This document shows, one piece after another, positions 39,148 through 51,200 of a stretch of DNA of 64,000 nucleotides. Source of the stretch: Bispira polyomma (taxonomy: Eukaryota). The notes under the pieces are model-generated. The model made no database searches. It saw only the letters and a program-made list of their open reading frames with translations, and had not been told where the DNA came from. The position numbers and the translations under genes were made by a program. Numbering within the stretch: the first letter of the stretch is position 1; each line of letters opens with the position of its first letter. The stretch lies in assembly GCA_965649765.1 (NCBI GenBank), contig OZ287750.1:69378001-69442000 (forward strand), in the 5' to 3' direction.

Positions 39148-40276
39148 TGTTGGTGAGAGTTTTGATTGTTTGTGGAAGCATGCTGGTTTTTATTTTAACT
39201 GTAGAGGTAGTCCACAACAAAAAAAACTATAATAAAACAAAACACTGGGTTTAACGAATTTCACTATATTAAATCATTTAAAAATCAATATATGAATTGA
39301 TATACAATAATGTCTGATCCACACCATTTTACTTATCAATTCAGAAGTATTCACTTTATGATATCTGTTGTACTATTCAATTCTATATCTCAAACTTTCA
39401 AGCTCTATCTTTACTATTTCTGTCTATCTATACTATTTCTATAAGTCAATTCTGTTAAACTATAAGACTGTTGACTTCTATTTGTCAACTTCTCTGTCCA
39501 ACTCTATCAGGTCACTATCTGTCAAACTATACTTTGCAACTGTCAAACTATAAGTCTGTTGACTTTTATTTGCCAACTTCTCTGTCCAACTCTATCAGGT
39601 CACTATCTCTCAAACTATACTTTCCAACTCTTTTAAACTATAAGACTGTTGACTTCTATTTGTCAACATCTCTGTCCAACTCTATCAGGTCACTATCTCT
39701 GTCAAACTATACTTTGCAACTCTTTTAAACTATAAGACTGTTGATTTCTATTTGCCAACATCTCTGTCCAACTCTATCAGGTCACTATGTCTGTCAAACT
39801 ATACTTTGCAACTCTTTTAAACTATAAGACTGTTGACTTCTATTTGTCAACATCTCTGTCCAACTCTATCAGGTCACTATGTCTGTCAAACTATACTTTG
39901 CAACTCTTCCACCCAAAATAAATCTGACCATTTATATACTTAAAAAGGGAAATGACTCATCCTACTAGAGAAAGGCTAGTCCTCCTACATAAATACTTTT
40001 CTGGGAAATGATCATCCAGACCTTGACTCTAATTTGAAATATGTCATTATCAGAGCAGGATGTGGGCATGTGGGTACCTTAAAGATAACATTTTTAATCA
40101 CTAAATGGAATTGAGATTGATGTGATTGAACTCAACACAAAGGGTCATTCTATTGCTATAATACTGTGACACATGTTTTATTTTTTATTTATGAACTCCA
40201 AACAAATATGATAATTTTTAACTTATGATTTATTGTTTAATTTTAATAACTGATATATTAATTATCCTCCTGAACA
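39148..40276 (-). repeat. 5' LTR with internal ~90-bp tandem array
   Basis: Highly similar to 33072-33958. About 5 units of aaactataagactgttgacttc... Confidence 0.9.
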
Positions 40277-41614
40277 ATCATAATGTTCTTCTGCAAGTTG
40301 GTAGCAATACAACAACACTCCAAGCCCCCTTTACACTATCCCAGATGAGAAAAACTGCCTTCTCCCAGCAGCTGCTTCCACACATCCAGCAGATAATGCA
40401 GCTATCACATATGTTGCAACAGCAACAGCTACCACACACATCGCAACAGCAGCAGCTACCACATACATCGCAGCAGTAGTTATCATATACGTCGCAGCAG
40501 CAGGTATCACATGCATCGCATCAGCAGATATCAAATAAGTTGCAGCAGTATCTACCACATATGTTTCAGCAGCAGCAGCTACCATATACATTACAGCAGC
40601 AGTTAACATATATGTCGCAGCAGCAGTTATCACATATGTAGAAGCAGCCGTTATCACATACGTTGCAGTAGAAGCTATCTCAGATGTCACAGCAGCAGCT
40701 ACACCACCGAAATGCCCCTCCACAGTACTAGACATTAGGAAACTGGATTAGAGGCACCAGCACTTCTGCAACTGCTGGTTCTGCTGCTACAGCTGTGTGA
40801 CAGGTTGCTACAGGGAGCAGCATCTTTGTGTAGCGTGCCTCTGTGGGGAGAGGTCTCCAGTTGTTGTTGTGTGAAAGCCAAATGGATGTGTTTATATTGG
40901 ACATGGCCACACCCCCACGTCACAGCAAGGGGAGTAATAGCTGGGGGAGGCACCTTTACAGTGAACAGTGACATTAAGTTTTTATTTTAATTTTTTTTAT
41001 AATAAAGATGGGACAGTGAACCGTGACATTAATGTGGTTGTTTACTTCGATTTATCTGCCAAAAGCTGTAATTTGACACAATAAAGAAATGATTTCTAGA
41101 TAAAATTGTGTTGTCTACTTTCAAATTACCTAGAAATAAATTAACCACCCTGACCTCATAAACTTAAGGCTTAAAACTTGGCTTTCAAAAATACAAAGGT
41201 CAAGCTCAGTTATCTTGGATTGGTTCTGCCAGTTAATATCTTGGAATCTACCACCTCTTGGAATCTCACTCTTTACTACAAACTGAAAATGAAAGAAAAG
41301 AATAAAAATTTGTTATTATTTAAATAAAAATTGTTGGAAGAGTGAGGTACCAAAAATAAATAATTCATGAACTTAAAACTTATTTATTGATATGAAACTT
41401 TAAAACTAAATTATAATTGATGAACTTAAAACTTATTTATTGGTATGAAACTTTTTGAATTGTCACCTCATTATTGCTGAGGCTAAATTATGACACCATA
41501 AAAAATATTTGGTTAACACACAAACAAAATATTTGACACCAATAAATATCTTGACCAAAAGTACTTTAAAACGGACATAGCAATCAAAGTAAGAACAATT
41601 GTTTCAGGATGATG

Positions 41615-41635
41615 TGGGTGGCCCTGAAAAGGGCC
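41615..41635 (-). promoter_or_regulatory. Canonical histone mRNA 3' stem-loop sequence
   Basis: Minus strand AATC-GGCCCT-TTTC-AGGGCC-ACCCA, an exact fit to the metazoan consensus. No histone CDS nearby. Confidence 0.85.
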
Positions 41636-41683
41636 GATTAATTTATATGGCCCACAAAAGGGCTGATGAGATGGCAGCATACA

Positions 41684-44330
41684 TCAGACCATATGATTCT
41701 GCCAAGGCACTGAACCCACGGCTGAGTTGACATAGGTCGTCAAGTAATCTCCCTGTAATTTGGCTGCCTCTGTAGCTCGGACATGATCTTGTTGGCTCAT
41801 GTCAGACAATTCCATCCCTTTTTGAGGCCGCCTTAACTACAAAATGGTTTCCATTGTCTTCCTCATATAGTTGCCCTCCTGCATGGATGCCTGGGTAACA
41901 GGTCATTATGAGGTTGTGCACGGTACAGCAGACCAGGACTATTGGTTACTGTCTCTTGGTCCTGCCTCATCACTGTCAGGAGACAGCCAAATCTATTGTT
42001 TATCACAAACCACTTCAATGCACTAATGACCAGAGCCAAAAAATGAGCACTATGATTCAATCATCAATGAGAATTCAAACTCACCAAAAAGTTTATGGAG
42101 CTTTATAAATAAGATACTCCACCCCACAGCTGAAAATCATTGCTTCACATTTCTAAAATTTTTCATTGAAAAAATAACTAAAATTCGAGAAGGGTTTTCA
42201 ACAATGGTACGGTTCTCTTCACCATCCCCTGGCTATAAAGTTTCAAATCTGCTACATTTTAACCCACTTTCCGAGAATGATGTTCTCAAACTCATAAAAT
42301 CCAACACCATCAATTCCTGTGAATTGGATCCTATTCCTGCCACTGTTTTCACAGAATGTCTAGACATTCTCATTACTCCTATCACCAACATCTTAAATTT
42401 TTCGCTTAGGGATGGTATTTTTCCCTCTTGTTTCAAAACTGCATATGTCGCCCCCTTGCTGAAAAAATAAGGCCTTGACAAAAATGCATTAAAAAACTAT
42501 AGACTAGTCTCTAACCTCAGCTTTGTATCTAAACTTATTGAGAAAGCTGTTGCTAAAGAAATTCATGACCACATTAATAAACAAAATCTAGCTAACTGCC
42601 ACCAATCTTCCTACAGAAAATTTCACTTCACGAAGAGTGCCCTCCTTTTAATCAGTGATGACATTAACCTTGTCTTGGATCGTGATGAAACTGTAGCCCT
42701 CAACCTTCTTGATCTCTCCACAGCTTTTGATACCATCGACCATGGCTTACTCTTTGACACCCTAAAACAGTGGTTTGGTCTTAATGGTATTGTCCTTGAT
42801 TGGATCAAATCGTGCCTTGCTCTTAGACTCAAAAAATTAAATTGGGCGACCACTTTTTATCCTCTTTTAACCTACCATTTGGAGTACCCCAGGGGTCGGT
42901 TCTTGGCCCTTTACTGTTTACACTCTACACACACCCTTTCAGTGCAGTCACCAATAATCACAATCTTGAACATCACATATGTATGCTGATGACACTCAAA
43001 TCTCTCTCTCTCTCTTAACACTCAGAATGCCGGATACAACCTAGATTTACTTGCCGACTGTCTCTCCTCAGTTCAGGCATGGATGAAATACTCCAAACTA
43101 AAACTAAACCCGACAAAACTGAATTCATCCTAATTGAAAATAAGAAACACAGTGAATACTTAAGATCACTCTTCCCAATCACACTGCTGGGCAATGAGAT
43201 TTAACCTTCAGACCAGGTCAAAAACCTAGGTATCACTATCGACCCTGTTTTTTTATTTCTTCCTCACATCAACAGCATCTGCCGCTCCTGTTACTATCAC
43301 ATTCGGGACCTCAAAAGAATCAGAAATTATTTGTCACTAGATACTGCTATCACTGTGGCCAACGCTCTTGTAAGTAGCTGCCTTGACTACTGTAATTATC
43401 TTCTGTATGGAGCCAATAAGTCCCACATAAACAAGTTGCAGTCCATACAAAACTGTCTATTTAGAGTCAACTATTGTTGGGAATCTGGACTGATGTCACT
43501 CCATACCTCAAGAAACTTCACCGGCTTCCTATTCACTATGGAATCCTGTTTAAAATGCACGTAACCATTTTAAAAGCTGTCTCTCAACAGCCTCACTACC
43601 TTGCTACTAAACTCTCCCTCAGCAGCCTTAAAATGGAAAAAAGACTCTGTTTTCTCAAAAAAACCCACCAAGAGGGTTGGATGTAAAACCTTCTCGGTCG
43701 CCGCACCTATGTTATGGAACAGTCTTCCAGTTGAACTTAGATTGCTTGAACCACTTTCTGGTTTTAGGAAAAAGCCTAAAATCTATCTCTTCAGGCTCGC
43801 CTATCCATCATAGTCCTCCTCCTGGACGCTGAATCATCCATCCTTACGACCTGGTTATGTTTTTTCATTTTTCTATTATCTGATTGATTCTGATGTTGCG
43901 CCTTAGAAGATGCCTAGCATCAATAAGGTGTATTAAAAATGTACAATACAATACTGTCTCTGGGTCCTGCCCCATCAGTGTCAGGAGACAGCCAAATCTA
44001 TTGTTTATCTGAATGATTCTGCCGTGAGTGTGGTTTCATACATCACTTTCTGAGCGCAAATGCATCAACATGCAGCAACGGCAAGATATCGTAAAGTGAT
44101 GGCCTACAGACAGGTTCAATTGAACGTCACAAGAAAGTGTGTGACCTCTCAATTTGATTCTCCAAGCACTGCAATAGCTCGTACAACATTGCCGGATCAA
44201 GCTGCACAAACTCTTTAAAGGTTTTCTGGTCCTCTGTTTCCAGTTCAGCCATCAAGTGCTCATATTGACCATAATGAGGCCTTCTTAGCAGCCAGCTTTG
44301 TATCAAAACACTCCCCTATAGCTAACTTCA
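41684..44330 (-). pseudogene. Harbinger B transposase remnant (internal deletions, L2 inserted)
   Basis: N-terminus WLLRRPHYGQYEHLMAELETEDQKTFKEF; DAFAL..MKP; RFGCLL...CTVHNL; C-terminus DYLTTYVNSAVGSVPWQNHMV-TGA (41684-41686). Confidence 0.85.
42005..43951 (+). mobile_element. 5'-truncated L2/CR1-group LINE
   Basis: RT motifs ([38 protein letters not shown]), (TACAA)n tail, 58-bp flanking duplication. Confidence 0.92.
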
Positions 44331-45341
44331 AATCAGCTCTGGTAACCTGTACATCTTTCAGTATGACCATATTAGGAAAGCTGACCGTGAGTAAATACTG
44401 GATTTAATTGGTGATGATTAGACAATTTCAGCATGTCAGATACATGCTGGGTAAGCAGCGAAAATTTCAAGGCTGACCTGAAAGTGGGAGCTGGCCATAA
44501 GCCCAAAAACCCCCATTGATAAAAGGTTGCACAAGTAACCAAAATATCTACAAGGGACGCAACAATAATGCGTAAATCAAACTGGTTCGTAGAGCCTAAC
44601 CACACCCATACCCTTAATTGTGAATTTTCTTTGACTTGAAGTTTCATTATGTTTTTTTTTTATTTTTAACATTTTACTTGCTTCTCTTCAATGTTTTACA
44701 TGGTTTTTAAAACAATAATTTAATATTTATAACACAACACTGTTCCATAATTTATTTTTATACCTTGTACAAATCACTATTATAGACATTATTTGCATTC
44801 TTAATTAAAATTATTGTTGAAGAATTAGTTTTAGTTCTATTTCAGTGATTTATTTATCCTAAATGAAAGTACAGATACATGCATACTCAAAATGCGGATT
44901 TGGCTTATGTATAATTATTAACTTGTTCAATATTAGTAGCTGAATTGGGTTTAAATTATATCTAGGAATTATCCTGTGGAAAAGGTGTCTTGTTCATGGG
45001 TTATTCAACGATTCATCTCATTAAAAGGAATACTAAAATGCACCTCTATCACTGTCCTCGATTTTAAATGAGAGAACACTGGCCACATGTTTTATTAGTT
45101 TATCTTCTCTCTATACAATGAACTAAAAGTTGATAAAAGCTACATAACAAGGTGCTCGACCCACAGTTGATCATTTAAAATACACACATATAATTTAAAG
45201 TCGAGCACCAATAGACAGTCGACTGTCAATAGACAGCTAGTTATTACATTTACTAGGTCAACTGCCGTAATATTTTACATTAAAATACCACATAACATGA
45301 TGCCCACTGGCATGTGTCTTCAAAATTACAATTACACACCT

Positions 45342-46311
45342 CAGTAGCCAAAATTGGGTGGTAGAGAATTGAGGTTTGTCAATACTTTTAAGTTAAAGGT
45401 ATTGACTTAAAGGAAGTCATGGTAGGTTAAGAGGTGAGTAAAGCAGGTGCTGTTTGGGATATCTTTATTTTCTGTCTACTGCCTCTATGTACAACTATAC
45501 AAGAATAAGTAAAAAGGGGGCAATAAAAAGCCCCTACAAAGACAACATAAAGTTGAAGTATAAATACCCAGGATGACTGAGTAGGTTAAAAAACTAAGAT
45601 TTTTTTGAGAAAGTTAAGTTGAAGTGCTAGTAGTACCCAGGAAAACTAAGTTAATTGAACACTTAGGTGTTATATAACTGCTGAAGGTAAGTATCTTTAA
45701 ACCTTCATGGGCTTGTGAAATATAAATGTGGTATCCTAGCTGCTCATTGTCTCTAACCAAACCGCTCCATGGGATGGAATCCTGGTCCTATGGCACCTAG
45801 TCGCCTAGCAGTGAAGGTTCACGGCTGCAGAGCTGAATTCCCTCGTAACCCACACCAGGGGGAAGTTGCAAGCCTAGAACCAGCACCACACGGACTGAGG
45901 TTTAAACCCATAAGGAGTGACACGCGAGTTATCTAAATGGGAAGCCAGCGAAAATATAATGTTTAGGGTGGAGGGTTGGGAAAAAATATATGTATTGCTT
46001 ACTTGACTTGTAACTTAATCATGGTGAATTGTGAGAAAGGCGGGAAGAGCAAAGCCATGAAGGAAGGTGATTGGTTGCTTAGCCTAAGTGTCCTAATGTC
46101 TAATTGGGGTAGCTGGGCAAACGATTTTAAGAGAGGTTCTACAATAAAGTGTCGAATTTTTGCCACTGACTTGTCATGCTATACTAGCAGTGACATCAAC
46201 AGTAGCCAAAGTTGGGTGGTAGAGAATTGAGGTGTGACAATACTTTAAGGTTAAAGGTATTGACATAAAGGAAGTCATGGTAGGTTTAAGAGGTGCGGAA
46301 ACCAGGTGCTG
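45342..46311. repeat. Two ~110-bp direct repeats (45342-45451, 46200-46311)
   Basis: cagtagccaaa.ttgggtggtagagaattgagg...aaggaagtcatggtagg...caggtgctg occurs twice. Confidence 0.8.
45752..45935 (-). mobile_element. SINE-like repeat, homologous to 18650-18832
   Basis: Shares the same colinear sequence blocks. Confidence 0.55.
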
Positions 46312-46317
46312 GGATTA

Positions 46318-46960
46318 CACGGGTGGTACGAATTCTGGACAGAATTTAATGTTTTTACTTAAATTAAGTATGTCCCTTAAGATATAATAAAAAGTCAAAT
46401 GGACTGAAATAGGTATACATGAAACACTGGTCATACACCAATATCAATGAAAAATCTTTTGACAGATTCTTTAAAATAAGGTTTTAAATTTGTTTATATG
46501 TCAAGTCAAGTGGTATGAATTCTAGACAGTTTGGTGGCTAGGATTAAGTGCAAGGCTGAGTGCCACCTGGAGATTCAATTGTGAAGTAATAGCTTTTCTG
46601 TATGCTTCTTCATCTTATTTCCTGTTATTATTATTTTTTTTCCATAATTTTCTTATTAAATCTGAAATAAACAATATTTTATCAGGTCACTGCTTTGCCA
46701 CCACAAGAAATAAGTAGATGTACTCAAAACACCTGTATACAAATGCTATATATAAGACCAACTTGTATCTGTATCTATACATTTAAATTATGATTTATTA
46801 TATATTTTGTCACTTTTTTTAGTTAAAAGATATTCAGTAGTGTAAAATAAATTACAAAATATTTAGTTTGACATGGTAGTTTCTGTGTATTTTCTGGTAT
46901 TTCCATATAATTTTATTTATTGTCCAGAATTCGTACCAGCCAGAATTATTACCACCCCTG
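46318..46960. mobile_element. Tc1/mariner-type MITE (643 bp)
   Basis: TA flanks. TIR CA(C/G)GGGTGGTA with repeated TGGTACGAATTCTGGACA subterminal motifs at both ends. Confidence 0.75.
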
Positions 46961-48273
46961 TACAGACCTTAGTGAAAGACTGAAAACTTTGACTAAAACA
47001 CTAAAAAGGGCATTAATTTCCCAGGTTACCAGACCGATGGTATGCAATAGTGCATACTTTGGCCAGTGTATCAAAAGTACATTACATGAGCTCATTGTTA
47101 GCCCACAAGATAACACTAATTACATGAGCTTAGTTGACAAAAGCCTGTATCTAGCCATTAATATACCCAAGTGGGCCTCCCCCGCTGTACTGGTCCCCAC
47201 CCCCCTCCGTGTGTTGTTTATAGATGGATGTTTAGGCACACTGGGTACTAGTCATCGTTTACGAATATACCCGCTATACTGTTTCAAATGTACTGGGAAC
47301 TGCATCGATACTAGTTTTATGTTTATTTCCTTGATCAATAACGGATACTTGTCTGACAGCATCACTAAGGTAAGGTTGTATTAGTATTATTGTACATATA
47401 CTGAAGGACAGATGACTCTAGATTTGTTTGCAATAAGATACTAATGGCATTTACCTTGCAAAACGACACATTCCTTAATACTCATAATTAAAAATAAAAA
47501 TTTTTACACTCGCTACATGATTTGTTTACATAAATGCAGTATCTTGCTCGTTTTAGATTGAAATTTTGGTTTACACGTGCAGTATGAATTACAGTGTTTT
47601 CTGTGCTGTAAATGTGTCTGTGTGGATAGTACTTCTGATATAATGTTTTTTTAAAAGAAAACAAGTGCCCAATAATTTTCAATGTCAATTTACCTCAGGG
47701 GCGTAGCTACCATTAACGCCATTACGCCCAGGCATACCAATTTAATGACAAGAAAGGAAAAAAAAAAAAAAATTGAAAAAAACAAAAATAAATAAATTTA
47801 AATTTCTTTTTAGTAGATTGCTGTTGTTAATTATTTTTTTTTATGTTGATGCAATGATAAATGTTATCAGTAGAAAGGTTAAGTTATTGGTATGTTTTAT
47901 CTGTACTGCTTGGTGTGAACCATTCAACATGGTGTGACACATTTGTGTTGTATTGTTTAGAATACACAGTATATATGTCTAGTATATCACGGATTGGCAG
48001 AACAGCAAATAATACTTATTAGACAAGTTCATTATTCTGGTATGTTTGGTGACACCTTATTTAGGGTCATGTGCAATTGATTATATATTAAACTTTGTCA
48101 ACTGTTTGCTAGTATTCAACTTGTCAGCATAATAACAAGAAAATTACTTATTCTTTTTTTTCATTGATCTGCCTGCTATGCTACTTGTTACTGTAAAGTG
48201 ATTGCTATTTGTTTCTACATCATTGAAAATATAGACTGGCTAGTGTCATTTCTGTTGTAGCATATTCATAATA

Positions 48274-51200
48274 ATGAAGAAAATCGAGCCATTTGGAGAC
48301 ACGTCTAGATGCTTCCCAGAAATATATAATAAAATACCTGAGAAACCACAACACAGTAAGTCTGGCCAGTTAACAGAAGAACAACTGAAACATTTTTTTG
48401 AACATGTAAGTGTGTTTTATAGTTTTTTTAAGTTATTTAACAAGGGTTTTAGTGTATTGTATTCAGTACGCGCCTTATTAATGCTAGGCATCTTTTAAAG
48501 CGTGACAAAAAATCAATTAACCAAAAGTCAAAAAAACCTTAGCAAGGTCGTAAGGAAGGATGTGGCACATAAAGGGAGGAAAATAAAAAGGTAACTCAGT
48601 TTGAAGACATAGGTTTGAAGTTTGCCCCTAAACGCAGGCAGTGTTTCTCATGATCTAACCTCAACTGTGAAACTATTTAGTAACATAGAGGCAGCGATCG
48701 TGAAAGATGTACATCCAGCCCTTTGGGTGAGTTTACCAGAGAAAACATAAAATATTTTTCCTTTCTTGAGGTTACTGAAGAAAAGTCGAGTAACAAAGTA
48801 GGAGGGCTGCTAAGAGACAGTATATTTTTGTGGTATGGAGAGTCATCAGTATGGATACACAGCTGCAAAATGGCTCTACACATAGAAGTAATGTAACAGG
48901 ATAAATAGAGATAGCATTATTTACTTTTGAGATGTTTTCTAAATAAAGATAGCATTATTTACTTTTGAGATGTTTTCTAAACTATTGTGGGAACATGGAC
49001 GATATCAATATTTTAAATTCCTTCTTTGGTTTGAAATAACATTTACTTCATTATTGCCATTAAAATTGCAAATTAGTGTCTGTGCACATGTTCTGCAACT
49101 GGATTGATGAGCTTGAGAAGAAGGGATTTACTTTGAATACTATTTGAAACTGGTCAGGAATGATACAAATGCTTAAAATGCATTGCATCAAATATAATCC
49201 CCAATTCTGTGGTATTTTAATGTATTGTGAAAACTTAATGTTGAATATTTAAGGGCTATGTCATCATTGAAGATTATTTTGATCATGGATTACTGGAAAG
49301 TGCAAAGAAATCCATTGAAGAAATGGTAGATGGATTGGCCCAGTTGTTATTTAAAACTGGCAAGATAAAAGGTAAGCATATACTTCATATGGTACATCCT
49401 TATTTATGAATTGGTCAGTGAGACTTTCCTTGTGTTTCTTTTTACCCAAGTTTTCTGCTCCTAAAATGTCATTGCTTTGAGGGGTCTGACGTCAATTATG
49501 TCGTTGCGATAAGTAACTGACAAAGATGGTGATATTTGTCAAAATAGAAATTTCCCTTGAATTGTGTATCAATCCCTACCTTTCTATCTGTACCACCAAA
49601 ATAGTCATCTACGAGTCCGGCAACCACTTGTGTATTTATATTATATATACTACTAACTTCAGAAACATATGCAGAGTATGGCCTGTATAAAAGACTGACC
49701 AAACTTGAACAGAAGGTGCCAGCTGTCAGCAGTGTTCTCCATGGAATGGGATATTTGAGTGATCCTTTCAAGAAGATCTGGTCCAATGAGAGGATACTTA
49801 ATGCTATGGAGCAACTATTGGGTACTGAGGATATCCAGGGTAACCCAGTCTGGAATCTGAGGACCAAGACACCAGTGAATGAAGCCTTTACTGTCCCATG
49901 GCATCAAGGTAAGACGGTCACTAATGCTGCTAGGTTCATTGGCGGGATAACATTTTTGGAAAAGATGTGAACATGCAATTGCATACAATGATGCCCAAGC
50001 TATTATGTAAGTTTTAATAATGATTACTACATACTAAGTTATACTTTTTTCTAATGGTCTTTATTATTTTAAATGAATAAAATACTTTTATTAGCTAGAA
50101 TGGTTTGACATTTTAAAGATGTCACACTTATGATTTACATTTATCTTGTTTTAAGTATTGATACATTCATACCTAAATAAATGTTTTCCATTGCTTGAAA
50201 GGTATTGTCACTTTACAGAACTACTTAGGAATGGTCTAAATCATAAAATAAGGCTTGTATCTGTAAATTTTCAAATATTATAATATTGTGGGTACATTTA
50301 GGTCTCTTTATATTCCAGACAATGGTTACATGGACAATGATTCCCACAATGTTCTTCAAGCGACAGCATGGATACCACTGATTGATGCCACAGCACACAA
50401 TGGCTGTATGCAGGTGAAACATGGCTTTAGTAGCATATAGTATTTCGCATATTTGCATCTACAATGACAATAAATGTTTTGTTGTGGACACCATGTTTTC
50501 TAAAGAGTACAACCCTTACCTAAATACTTTATTTAATTATGATTAAACTTATGTGATGGGTTAAGTTTAAGTTATGTTAAATGCCGCTTTACAGTGTTCA
50601 TTCAGTTCAAAGGTGGAGGATATCTTCTGTGCACACAAATAGCAGAGTATACAGTGAACTTTCCCACATACACACCAGGGCTGAAATTCGGACCGACGCC
50701 TGCAGAGGTCTGAGACGAGTGGGTTACCTCTACACCACCGATGTCCCTCTAACTGGCAAAGACTGTTTCTCATGGCATTGTAGCAGTTAATAGTACAGAC
50801 AGAACTGCATGTATGTTTTAGGTATTGCGAGATGGACACAAGAAAGGGCAAATGCTTCCTCATTATGGTTGCTGGCGTTCTACACATTATGTTGAACTTC
50901 TGGAAGAGGAAATGGAGGCATTACTTGGTTTGTTTTCTATATTTTTTATTATTTGATTCAGTGTTGGTTAGTATAACTGAACAAAACAAGAACTAAAATA
51001 GCTAAAATTAGTGATCCAGTAGATTGACGATTATATGAGAGAAAAATGAGCAAGATCAATTTATCAATCTGGCTTAATTAGGTATTTGATAAAATATCAT
51101 AAAAAAAACTATAGATTCAGTGCCTGAGGTATATTTTGTATTGCTTGTCAATAAAGTCACTATGAATGATATGAACATATTTGGTATAGTATAGACTTTG

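Larger units (their letters stand above)
33072..40276 (-). mobile_element. Bel/Pao LTR retrotransposon (decayed)
   Basis: TGTT...AACA termini, 5-bp TSD ATCAT (33067-33071 / 40277-40281), two LTRs, PBS, gag-PR-RT-RH-IN order. Confidence 0.95.
32670..40975 (+). pseudogene. Harbinger B accessory (presumed Myb/SANT-type ORF2) remnant with Gln-rich repeats, split by the Pao insertion
   Basis: HWGQWL...DLWISFE reads across the empty Pao site. QQQQLPHTS-type 24/27-bp repeats at 40360-40705. The Myb domain itself was not seen. Confidence 0.45.
32342..44497. mobile_element. PIF/Harbinger element B (interrupted by the Pao LTR element and an L2 copy)
   Basis: TAA on both flanks (32339-32341, 44498-44500). 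Degenerate TIRs TGGCC..CTCC...CAGGTCA. Decayed plus-strand accessory ORF converging on a minus-strand transposase. Confidence 0.6.
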
